A DNA stretch of 64,000 nucleotides from Octopus sinensis (taxonomy: Eukaryota), in the NCBI RefSeq assembly GCF_006345805.1, contig NC_042997.1:71982001-72046000 (forward strand), read 5' to 3'. The notes beneath the pieces were generated by a model that saw nothing but the letters and a program-made list of their open reading frames with translations, did no database searches and was not told the DNA's origin. Positions 52,046 through 64,000 of this stretch are shown in pieces. Position 1 is the stretch's first letter. Every line of letters starts with the position of its first letter. The position numbers were made by a program, and so were the translations under genes.

Positions 52046-53230
52046 ACCAACCTATCATTGTAATTATCTATCTTTCACTCGTTCTTTCTAATTTTACTCT
52101 TTTATTTCTTCCTGCGTTTTTTCTTTCTATCTCTACAGCTGACCGTAACCTTCAAAATATATTATTTTTGTTTTTTTTACTATACTCGAGACTAATCTAA
52201 CAACAAACCAAATACAACCTCCTTTTGCTGTGCTTTCATTAATTACTATTCTATACTATATTTACAGTCAGTCACCTGGTATACTCAACCATTCTATAAA
52301 AACAGAGCCTCCTTTCAGTACTCACTTCCTGCATATGCTTTTCAGCGCCCACCAGTACTCCAACTTAATGAATGACTAATTATTTGTTTAAGAAGATTCT
52401 TCGTATGTGTATGTGTACACACACACACACACTTCTTGGTACCCTCTGACCTAACCCTTAAACTTATCACTTTCTTATATAGTTTCTGGCCAGCTGGATT
52501 TTAAAAAATTTATAGTCGCACTTGACACATGAGTTCATCAAGTTTGTATCGGCCATAGCAACACTCCTACTCCTCCACCTCCTTCCTCGTCTTCTTCTAT
52601 GACAACTACGACTACTACCACTATTGTTATTACTACTAGTCTCTCTCTTTCTTTCTCTCTCTCTCTTCTCTCTATTTCTCTCTCTTTTCTCTCTTTCCTT
52701 GCCGCTCTTTAGTTGACTTGTTTTTATATTTTGTGTTTTCTTGTTTCTTTTTTTAGCGTTTGGATGCCACCACCAGTGATGTGTTATTTTATTTTATTTT
52801 ATATTCAATAAATAGAACTCAGAAATTGTCGATTGATGTGAGCCGTTGCCGAAGACTTTTTATAAACATAAAGGACCTAACATGTTAAGGTTGCCACCAA
52901 CGTGGTCTAATTAAGCTGACAGGTCAAAATTTGAAGGTCACCTCACACGTACGTATGAATGTATATATGAATGTATGTTCGGATGTATGTAAGCACAAAA
53001 TAGACAAATACAAGTATACTGAATACTATATATGAAATCTTAATTTCTTAAAATTATTTCCACCTCTTCCGCCCCCAGAAGATTTGTCACAATAGCAATT
53101 GAGACCAGCTCTATGTGAGGAGGGAAGACCAAGATGTCTTGGGAATTAAGATTTCTCCGAAGTTTGGATGTCTTTTTCCTTCAAGACATGCCATTAAGGA
53201 AAAGGACATTGTCAGGAGGAGAGAAAACAT

Positions 53231-53272
53231 TCGTAAACACATGTTTCTATTCCACAAGCGTCTTCAGTACGA
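53231..53272 (-). ncRNA. Decayed hammerhead (stem II deleted on the 3' side)
   Basis: UCGUA CUGAAGA cgcuuguggaaua GAAA C augu G U U UACGA: 5-bp stem I and core intact, stem II unpaired. Confidence 0.5.
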
Positions 53273-53311
53273 CAACTGTCTTCACCTATCTCCAGCAATC
53301 AAAGGATACAG

Positions 53312-54502
53312 GAGTACTCGGATCTTTTCAATTCTGAAGCCAGGACCACAGATCTTTCTACTTAACTAAATAATCTGAAACTTCGTATGCTGATAGAGTC
53401 TAGCAAAACAAGACACAGGTTGGAACTAGTTTATTTGAGAAAAATCTATTTTATGACTTTAATCGTAGATTAAAACTGCGAATTTTAACCAATCAGATTG
53501 TTTGTTTTCATGTGTAAAACTTGACTGCATTCTATTAGTGTGACGTAGAAAGCGCTTTTGTGACGTACTAACGTTCGGAAAACTGTAAACAAACACAGAA
53601 CGTAACGGCAGACGAAATACGGCTACGCATTTCGCCCGGCGTGCTAACGTTTCTGCCAGCTCTTGCTTTTTTAATATTAAATTTCGGCGAAGTTTCTCTT
53701 GTCGTAGCACAAGTTTTCCGTCGATTTCCGTAAAAAACTTTTATTTTTTTACATAAGTAATGAGAGCGAAAGAGACTAAGAGGAAGCGATTTTATGACGA
53801 GGGAAGTTTGTCTTTGAAGTTACCGTCTAGGGGAAAGCATTGATGTACATGTGTGTGTGTGTGTGTGTTTGATGGGGTGTGGGAGACAGTATGTTGTGTA
53901 AGTGAAGTGCTTCTGTTAGTGTGTGTGAAGAGACAGAGAGAGTAATGTGTGAAAGAGAGAGATAACTGAAATTTTTTACTCGGTGTATGTGTATATGTAT
54001 GTCTGCATGTATGTGTGTGTGTGTGTATGTATCTATGTATGTATGGCCGATTCATCGTAATTACGATGAATCGGCCATACATACATACACACACACACAT
54101 ACATACACACACACACATACTTACACATACATACACACACACATACATGCAGACATACATATACACATACACCGAGTAAAAAATTTCAGTTATCTCTCTC
54201 TTTCACACATTACTCTCTCTGTCTCTTCACACACGCTTGTTTACATTTAAGATGTTTAATACGTCACGAAATTGGTGGTCGAGACGGAGTAAATAAAATA
54301 AAGCCGAATGACGGAATATCATTGGTTAAAATTCTAATTATTAAACAACGTTAAACTTAGAAGTTACAATTCCGTTTTCATTCTGGTTTACAATTAAGTT
54401 TACTTTTGACACATTCTACCAGTATACGAAGTTTCAAATTGTTTGGTTCAGTAGGAAAAATTTGAAAAAACTGGCTTCAGAATAGAAAAGATCCGAGTAC
54501 TC
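53312..54502. mobile_element. Long-TIR fold-back element related to the 49270 MITE
   Basis: gagtactcggatcttttc(a/t)attctgaagccag...aaacttcgtat at both ends in inverted orientation; weaker similarity extends about 250 bp inward. Confidence 0.6.
53921..54234. repeat. Spacer-less palindrome centred at 54060/54061
   Basis: ...ggccgattcatcgtaa|ttacgatgaatcggcc...; outer segments match apart from microsatellite length differences. Confidence 0.92.
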
Positions 54503-57500
54503 TAAGTGTAGGTCACATTTATGATTTTGGTAATTTGCATAAATAAAAATGAGCTAAGAGAAATAACTCAGAGTGGCTGCATATATATGTATCAGCTACT
54601 GGTTAAATAAAGAACACCGGTATTTGTTGAGATTAATGATAAATAAAATATTTATTCTTTTCGTAAACAAAGAAAAATACTGTCCTTACCAAAAACGTCA
54701 AAACATCGAGAGAGTTTGAATGTCATTGTTCTTGGTGGGATTGTAGCAGCAGCAGTTAAATAGTGGCTTAGTTGGTGTTGATGTTGCTGTCGTCGTTCGT
54801 CATTTTTTAGCTACTGTCGGCTTGGATCAGCCGCTATCAACTCCCTGTCTTTGCTGTCTCTCAGTGTTTTCTCTGCCTAAGTAGCTAATTTGACTAAAAA
54901 TGCTATTCAAGAGCTTATTTGAGAAGTTCTACAGTACACATCATATCTTCTGATATAGTACCTGCAGAATTTTACCTTTTCGGTCGGTCTCCAACAGTCT
55001 ACGAGGCTTTTCGTTCAACACCGACGGGGAGGCTGGAAACGGGACTCGTTGAATCCTTCGAGTCAAAATCCGGTGATTTCTACCGTTAAAGCATTAACAA
55101 GCTTGCTGAACGTTGGTAAGAAGTCGTGAACAATGAAGGAGAATATATTACTGACTGATTAAAAGTGTTGATAAAATGTGGAGATTACATAAGGTGGGGA
55201 AAAAAACGAACGAATTTACCTGAGAGCCCAATATTACATATAGGATTACAATAATCCTTCGACTATCGCGGGTGTTACGTTCCAAAAAACCCCGAGCTTG
55301 AAAATCCGCGAAATAGAAACAGTACTGTACTGTATATATATATATTTTTTTTTTTACTATTTTTATCATTTGCATACATTTATTTTATTATAAATGCAAA
55401 ACAACACCAGAGGAATCGACGTAAGCTTAAGTAATAAACCACGAGAGGTGAACCGCGATATGGTGAGGGATTACCGTACTTAATGAGGAATGATTTAATT
55501 GAAAAAATAAAGCTGATTTAGTACATACAGTAAACCAGGTTAGAGGTAAATGATTTCATCCGATTTTTTGTGTCGTTCAAATATTGTAAACTAATTTTAC
55601 TGATTGAAAGCTAAATCAGAAGGAAAAAACTAAGTAAACCAACCAGGCATGTGGTTGAATGGTTCAGGCAGGTGCCTGTGGGTAAACGAGAAAGAATGAT
55701 AACCGATTCTAAACCTTTCCATTAATGAAGAATTGCTTTATCGTAGAGTTTACTGACAGTTTCATTTACACTGAGTTACTATTTGTTGAAACTCATTTTT
55801 AATGAACTCTGCCATGCACCTAGGCAGTAAATAAGTTGCCTGTGGTCAGGAAGTTATCAATAAAAGGCAGAACAAAAATATCTCTCACAATTTATTGTCA
55901 TTTGTATTTTTTTTGTTTTTTTTTTGTTTTTTTTTTTTTTGTTAAGTTGTATGTTATCTTGAAGATGACACAGTTTCACGAAAAGCTATCTTGTCTGGTG
56001 GTTTTTGTTTTATATTATCGATGGTGTGCTGGCTATACTGAAGAGAACATGCCTTACGTACGCGCGCACACGCACACACACACTCACAAACAGGTGCACG
56101 CACACTTACATATACATGTACATGTGAGTGGGTGTATATGTTCACACACACACACGCACATTCACACAAACACATACACTTATACACACGCAATACAAAA
56201 ACTAGACGTTCACAGTATATAAAATTAACATTTCATATATCGTGTATAAATCTCGTTTTACATTTCAATTGTAGCAGATAACAACAGCAGATCATCTTTC
56301 TATCAGGAGTCCATTAATATATGCCATTTGCTATGAGAACTTCTGTTCATAAAATATTTGCATGGTCTGTGCGTGTATTCCGATACGTTGTACTTTCATT
56401 TCCGCCTTATGTGTGTTCGTGCCTCTGTGCGTGTGTGTATGCGTTTGTGTAATGCGTGTGTGCTTATGTTTGTATATGTGTGTACGCGCTCGCGAGTGTG
56501 TGTGTGCGTGCGTGCGTGCGTGCGTACGTGCGTGCGTGCGTGTGTGTGTGTGTGTGTAATAGTAGTAACAGTTACTTTGCGTTTCCGATTATTCGGAACA
56601 CTATTTAAAGCAATAAAGATAATGTTTTGAGCCAGCAGCAATGTGAACAGCTCAGTTCTTTTACTCTGCATTTTCGGAAACAGAATAAGAAAATACAAAA
56701 TCTAAGCATTCTTATATCCTGGAGCTTAAAGTTACGATTTAACAGATAATTTAGTGGATGTCACTCTTGATTTAAAATTATATGAACCTCTAAGAAAACA
56801 AAACGAGGACCTGGCATAAACATACATTCTTATCTATCCGTCATTTTCGTGTTAAGAACCTTGTAAAGATTCCAAGTCTGTTCGCAAGGGAAGCCTGTTC
56901 GACGGAGTGGTTCGATGGAGACGACGGCCTTAGTGTGTTTGTGTATTTAAAGGTGAAACCGTCTAGATTCTCAAGATGCATGAAACGCTGTTGAAACGTA
57001 ATTAAGTTCGCATGCTCGACCTCACAAAGTGCTCATGCATGTCTACTGAACAGATCTTGAAATGCAAATGCCATTATATATGTGAAGCAGCAATCAAATC
57101 TTTGGGTCCGAACCATGGCACCAATCTAAAGAGCTGCATAGGTATAAAAAAGATTTTTATAACCACACGTTTTGTAAAGGAAAACGTGTATTATAAAAAC
57201 TGAGAGGTGCAAAATAACGAAGCTCTCAAGCTGCATTTGGTTGTAGAAAAAAAGCCGACACACTAGATATCAGCTAAAAATTTGTCAAAGCGTATAACCG
57301 TTATGAAAATACAAGAATTAAATATGAAATCATAATTTCTTCCACATACTATGATTATATTTGAGCATCAAGTGGGAGACACATATCCCCTGTATACATG
57401 AGAAGAAATTGATTTTTTTTCAACACATCCACCGCTAGTTCGACAATGATTTCACCCAGATTTATACAGCAAGATCCAAGATGAAAACCTATTGAACGCT

Positions 57501-58275
57501 TCTCTAAAAGTTTGCTTTTGTGCCTTGTCTCTCAGTTTCCATATCTCTTTCTGTCTTCCATTTATTCTTCCCGACTTCTTTTCTTATTCTTTCATCTTAC
57601 TCTAAGGCTTTTTAAAGTTTACCGATGATCAATTGTTTTATTAGTTTTAAAATGTTCAAATATTCTAAGAGAGTTAACTCCAAAAACTTTCTAGAGAGAT
57701 TTTCTCCTTGATCATATTCCGATTTTTAAAAAAAAATAATAAATTTTTAACGTAATAGTTTAATGAAATTGTTTTCTGTACAGAAGTAGATGAAGGTTCC
57801 TTTTTGCCCGAAAACCATGCCCGAAATCTAATGCACTTGACTCTGGTCGGATGAGCTGGACAAATAACGGTTTCCAGGTAGCTTGAACTTGACAGCAGCG
57901 GTGATCTATGTACGTCTGTGTGAGTGTAATTCTCGATCCTAAATTCCAAGCGCTAAATGTCTTATAAAGAGGTTAGCACATTACAAATAAATAGCAATAT
58001 TTTTTTTATATTCGATATATTGACTTTATAGCGCACGAGACATTTCAGTGCTATACCACATCGCATCGGAAGTCAAAATATGTTTATATCAAGGGTTTAC
58101 AAGATATTTATGCAGATGTTTGGGGTTTTTTTAATGCTAGCTTATATAAATATATTGTAAATCGTTAATATGAACATATGTTGACCTCCCAAAAGATGTG
58201 AGATGAAAGTTAAAAGGACTCATGTGCTAAAGATCAATGCTTTTATATGAGGTTGTGATTATGCGTGTGAGTAAT

Positions 58276-58350
<75 letters not shown>

Positions 58351-58501
58351 CGGTTTAAGTAATTGAGATTCAAGTGAATTCAAATGAATTCACATGAATA
58401 TGGTCCTTAACTAGGATGCACCGGAAATCTATATGGTGTTAACCATACGACAAGTGGGGTGATTACAAATAGGAAAAAAGCAACAAGAATGGATTAAAAT
58501 A

Positions 58502-58584
58502 TCGGTACAATTGTTTCGTACGAGGACATCTTTAATAAGCTACAAAAATGCAGTAAATATAGATGGCTCGTACTCGTCAGCCGA
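58502..58584 (-). ncRNA. Type I hammerhead ribozyme (family C, antisense arm)
   Basis: Reverse complement of 58948-59031 with intact core and stems. Confidence 0.9.
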
Positions 58585-58947
58585 AAAAACATCAGAGATT
58601 CCCAGACATTAAAAGGGGTAGATACAAAGGGGGGTGTGAGTTTAACTGCATTGAAGAAAGTTCGATTCCTGGAGATCCTATGAAAGGTTTTGAACTTACA
58701 GAATTTATGCATGTCCATATATAGTTCATATTGAATTGTTAATCAAGTTATGTGAAGAAATTCTGGATACAATCGTGCGAAATTTCTGAGAATTCTTGCA
58801 AGAAGCAAAGTGACAATCTTATTGTGTAGAGGAACAGATTGTTATTGAAATTTATAAGAATCACAGAGAAGTTCGATTCCTGGAGATCCGATGAAAGGTC
58901 TTGAACATACAGAATATGCACATATTCTGGGAGTCTCTGATGTTTTT

Positions 58948-59031
58948 TCGGCTGACGAGTACGAGCCATCTATATTTACTGCATTTTTTGTAGTTTATTA
59001 AAGATGTCCTCGTACGAAACAATTGTACCGA
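58948..59031 (+). ncRNA. Type I hammerhead ribozyme (family C)
   Basis: Stem I UCGG/CCGA; CUGACGA (58952-58958); stem II GUACGAG...CUCGUAC plus CAUCU/AGAUG; GAAA; palindromic stem III ACAAUUGU; GUA site after 59027. Confidence 0.9.
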
Positions 59032-59069
59032 TATTTTAATCCATTCTTGTTGCTTTTTTCCTATATATA

Positions 59070-59110
<41 letters not shown>

Positions 59111-59111
<1 letters not shown>

Positions 59112-59500
59112 TTGCTAGCGCTAACTTGAGTGACCAAATCCAAACTTCTCTGCTAGTTCCTCAACAGTTAGAATGGGATTTTGTTATATCAGGGTTTGCA
59201 GAACGTCCTCGTCAAGCTCTACAGATCTTCCAGGACGAAGCACGTCTTCTAGTTTGTAGTTTCCAGTTTGGAATTTCTGGAACCACTGTTGACACTGGCT
59301 TACGCTTATTGTCCGATCCCCATATACTGCATTAATATTCCTCGCACTTACCGTTGTGCTTTTGCCTTTATTGAACTCATAAGGCAAAATGTGCCGAATA
59401 TGCTTCTTTGTCACTTCCATTATAGCTTTCAGAAAATAACTGTTAAAATCGAACTGCCCTCTTCAAAACTTGCACTAAGAATGATATCCCAGAAACTGCC
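59111..59500 (-). mobile_element. Partial copy of the same mariner family
   Basis: MEVTKKHIRHILPYEFNKG...RPGRSVELDED, closely similar to 26500-26870. Confidence 0.9.
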
Positions 59501-59554
59501 ATAATACTATATTTATACCTCTCTACTTACACACACACATACACACACATGTAT

Positions 59555-59650
<96 letters not shown>

Positions 59651-59893
59651 GTAAACGAAGATTGAATACAGCACACCTTTATTAATAGTTACAATTGTTT
59701 CTAACACCATTTTTCATAAAAGATTCCGTGTGAAAATTTGCACAATATATGTGGTTGAACATATCGGAGTAACATATCATCAGACTAGCATTAAGTCGTG
59801 CATTTTTGCATTGTGTGAAGAATATGTATTTTGTGTTGCTGATATAAGGGGAAACAAAACAATCGTCACACAAAAATTATAATGAAAATGGGA

Positions 59894-59894
<1 letters not shown>

Positions 59895-59992
<98 letters not shown>

Positions 59993-60128
59993 GGCACTGC
60001 ACACATCCTACGCAGAACATTTTCCATACAATAACCACCAGAGCATCACAACAAATCACAGCACATACCCAAGGCACACAGAGCTGCGCTCGGTAGTGAA
60101 GTGAAAGCACCTTATAAAAATAAAACTA

Positions 60129-60204
<76 letters not shown>

Positions 60205-60216
60205 GTAATAATAATA

Positions 60217-60260
<44 letters not shown>
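59895..60260. repeat. (ATT)n/(AAT)n arrays, including an orientation switch near 59948
   Basis: Direct reading. Confidence 0.95.
59992..60130 (+). mobile_element. 3' tip of an R4/Dong-like element
   Basis: GTAHILRRTFSIQ* resembles GTSHVLRRALSK* at 31488-31524; (AAT)n both sides. Confidence 0.7.
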
Positions 60261-60262
<2 letters not shown>

Positions 60263-60264
60263 CA

Positions 60265-60520
60265 ACAGCAACAACAGACAGCAAATGTAGAATCTGCAGG
60301 AAAGAAGACGAAAGTAACTCATATTTTGCTGACATGACTGTGTAGCCAAAAGAATGCATTGAGTTGTTAGCCGAGTGTACGGCTCGAAAACAGCAAAAAG
60401 TGGTATGAACCGGAGGCTGTGAAAGGAAATTACAATTACTAGATCTTCTAGGATTTCTCCGTAAAGGTTGATTTTGACCCAATGAGATGAGCAGTGGGAG
60501 GATAAGAATATGTAAAAAAA
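60265..60520 (+). mobile_element. Degenerate R4/Dong Zn-finger/RLE fragment
   Basis: DSKCRICRKEDE and aaaaagtggtatgaaccggag (KKWYEP) in shifting frames; follows (AAT)n. Confidence 0.6.
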
Positions 60521-61149
60521 TGTAATGAAATAGGAAAAAGAATACATGGAGTTCGTTTGGACAAGTGGACAAAGAAAAGAAAAGAAAATTTTAGCATGAA
60601 TAAGTAATAAGTAAAGAATTAGTTTATTCGTTAGCTATTTTATAAGTCTGTTAAAACTCTAGTGTTGAAGTGTTGAGTCAATAATGCAGCTTCTTGTATA
60701 GCAGGAATGGAAGAAATGAAAGATTGGTAGGAGGCAAGTATAATTGGTTAAAGTGCAGCAAAAATGGAAGTAGCTAACAAGTCTAAGGAGTTAACCGAAA
60801 AAGCCAAATAATGAAGAGTTCCTTCACTGCTATTACGAAATGCATTTGAGGTATGTCAAAAGAAATGCGACATAACCATATAGCTGGAGTGTGGATGATA
60901 ACAAAGTGTCAGTTTAATAGGGTAAAGGGAGGAATGAAATGAAACAAAAGCGAAGTTATTAATTCTATAATCGGCTTTGACATTCAGATTATCCGCGAAT
61001 AGAGATAATACAGATTCCAGTCCCATCTTGGAATTTGGATTATCCCCATTAAACTATGCATGCGTGTATATGTATACAAGCATATATATGCATTTGTATG
61101 TATGCTGCGCGTAGAAATGAATTTTTTTTTAATATTTAACTAAGGGAAT

Positions 61150-61358
61150 GCGTCGAGCTGGCCGAATCGTTAGCACGCCGGGCAACATGCCTAGCAGTAT
61201 TTCGTCTGTCTTTACATTCTTAGTTCAAATGCCGCCGGGGTCAACTTTGCCTTTCACCCTTTCGATGTTGATGAAATAAGTGCCAGTTGAACATTGGGGT
61301 CGATGTAAGTGACTCATTCCCTCCCCGGAAACCGCTGGTCTTTTGCCAAAATTTGAAG
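61150..61358 (+). mobile_element. Short tRNA-derived SINE
   Basis: gagctggccgaatcgttagcacgccggg...gttcaaatgccgccggggtcaactttgcctttcacc. Confidence 0.8.
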
Positions 61359-62589
61359 TTAATATCTAACTAAAGGGAATTGTTAGACGGCCACTTAATT
61401 TGAAATGTGGTATTTGGTCAGAAGTATATAAACAAGACCGCTCGTTTACCTTCCTGTTGTTTCCTTACGCATTCTTTTCATTTCAGCTGTAACATTATTT
61501 TTTTTTCTTTTATTTTTATTTATTTATTTACTTGCAGTGCGGCGAGATCTTATCTTGTGTATAAAAATGGTGCAAAGTCTCTCAGACTCTACACTCGAGA
61601 ATGAAAGCTTTCAGTAACCCCAGAAAAATTTACTAAATAATTTCTTTATGAAATGAAGTGGGAGAATAACGCTGCTATTTTCATTTTTGTTTCTCTATTT
61701 TATATTTTTCTAATTACAATTTTTCATAGATCATATAAAATAATTCTTAATCGTAACTGTTTTATCGCATCTCTCCAATGAACGAAATGTCAAAATCAAC
61801 TGGTGAAATATAACAATAATTCTAAACGTTGTTGTTTAATCATTGATACAAGCGTTCCAGCAATGATTAACATGTCTTTTATTTTGTGTGTACTTACGTC
61901 TTCAACACCGTAAGATACGTACTATTAGTAAGTCGAGTGACCAAGAAAACTGAAGGAAAGATGAAATATCTCTTAAAACACGTTTTATCACGGAAGTTGT
62001 CGATCGTTGTAACTTCAAAGAATGTCAAAGATTAAATTAAAGAAAAAAATCATTGAACAGGCATTAAATAAAAATACACCTCTGACGTACACTTTGTATA
62101 TAAGCTTAAACAAAACTAGAAAAATATTGCTGAATATATGTTATTAAATGCTTGTCTGTAATAAAGTTATGAATAACATGATTTATGCTAGTCATTCAAG
62201 CCATATATTAATGTTTAAAAAATCCACAGTACACCTCGGTGGATACAGGCTGCAGTCAACGTTTAGAAACTACTGCTCTAAATATTTTCTATATGCTTAT
62301 AGGTGGAATGAATTTGTTTCACAACTACATTTCGATTCAGCTGTACAACATTTTAAGCAATTATTTTCTGTAATCTCGGGTTGACCAATGTTTGGAAGTG
62401 AAATGTGGTGGCCGGAAGCTGTGCGGAAACCTGTTGCATGCATACATGTGAATGTAAGTCTTTCGGCAATGTAGAATTGTCCTGTTCATTAATCATTGCC
62501 TGTTAACAGCTTTCACACTTTGCGGAATTTACTGCAGTATATAGCTCAAGCGAAAAATTCGTTGAACCATGAACTAAAAGAAAAGATAT

Positions 62590-63070
<481 letters not shown>

Positions 63071-63254
63071 TAATGTTTTTGTAGACAATATGTCAGAAAA
63101 AAGAGAGTAGATGCCTTCTATCATTAGCCTGATCTATCAAGGCTGACCTGGAGCGAAACAACAAAACTATTTCACCGTAAATCTATACGTTTGTTAGTCA
63201 AGTAGGTGGTATTAAACAAAAGTAAAAAATTTTTAAAAACATCAGAAAACTGCA

Positions 63255-63400
63255 TAGAGAACCTCTTTCGCCAAACAATATGATAAATACACTGCTGACA
63301 AACTGAAATCTAAAATTAGAAACAGAAGGTTTGATTCAAACTACAACCCTAGACCAGCGTTTCCTTATTAAACAGCACCAACTACTTGCGTTTCCTTGTA
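63255..63400 (+). mobile_element. Very degenerate R4/Dong fragment
   Basis: LKLETEGLIQ...DQ resembles LKAESEGFILAAQDQ in the 30506 copy. Confidence 0.4.
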
Positions 63401-64000
63401 CTTTTGAGCAAGAAGCTTTATATTGGCAGGTGTCGGTTTATCTAACTGTTGGGAAAAATACGAAATCTGTGCACGCCGTGTCCTTTTATAAACTGACGTC
63501 ATAATCAGATTTATTTCGTATCTACGCTAGAAAACGGAACATCGTACTTTGTATGTAATATTTTTCAGACGGTGTATTAGAGGTGTAAGTGATAATGTAC
63601 ATGGTAGTAACGCTTCCCTCGTTGAGGGTACTTACCAACAGAGCAGTGTAAAAAAGAAAGGGAGAGAAAAGTTGAGTAGAAGATATTACAAAAGAAGAGA
63701 CTGGTAATAAATAATTGAATGAATAAAGGAACGTTGGATGGCTGAATGGATTTATATTTGAAAACTATGTCAGGAAAATATATAGGCAACTGTTGATGAA
63801 GCAGTAAAAAACGTGGAAACTCGTCAGGTCAACTTCTTTTCTCGGTCACCTCATTTTCCGAGAAAAGGAAAATTTCGTCTCTTTGAATCACAGTATCTAC
63901 ATTTATAGCCTTCCATTTATATTATATTAATACTGTGTATTCCTTTTATTAATATACATACACATACACGATCATACATATATATACACACATACACACG

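Larger units (their letters stand above)
58469..59064. mobile_element. PLE remnant with inverted terminal repeats (family C)
   Basis: Arms 58469-58606 and 58926-59064 are reverse complements with a few mismatches; internal direct repeat of about 53 bp (58658-58711 / 58869-58920); ends in (TA)n. Confidence 0.8.

Noticed and set aside
62148-62384. 78-aa ORF vaguely like a Merlin/IS1595 transposase C-terminus
   Set aside because: No catalytic motif or TIRs found.
63788-63832. UUGAUGA...GAAACUCGUC motif
   Set aside because: Stems I and II do not pair; at best a very decayed hammerhead.

Overview
AT-rich, microsatellite-dense eukaryotic DNA. The repeat landscape resembles a cephalopod (Octopus-like) genome; this is an inference from the SINE types and repeats, not a database match. 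No host gene could be identified with confidence, only a few weak exon candidates. The window is a patchwork of mobile elements: a young 5'-truncated Neptune-type Penelope-like element (PLE) with an intact RT + GIY-YIG frame, several R4/Dong-type RLE LINE fragments in (TAA)n, L1/Tx1 and CR1-type relics, a complete non-autonomous Helitron, Tc1/mariner derivatives (DD41D and mariner-type), MITE/fold-back elements and many tRNA-derived SINEs. The main hidden signal is a diverse set of minimal type I hammerhead ribozymes belonging to several distinct PLE terminal-repeat families. Many sit in long inverted repeats that place a ribozyme on both strands, and some carry non-canonical cores (a compensatory G3-C8 swap; an A6U variant seen in two copies). 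An in-frame Dong-LINE/Helitron chimera and several large palindromes are also present. All structures and alignments were read by eye; none were computed.
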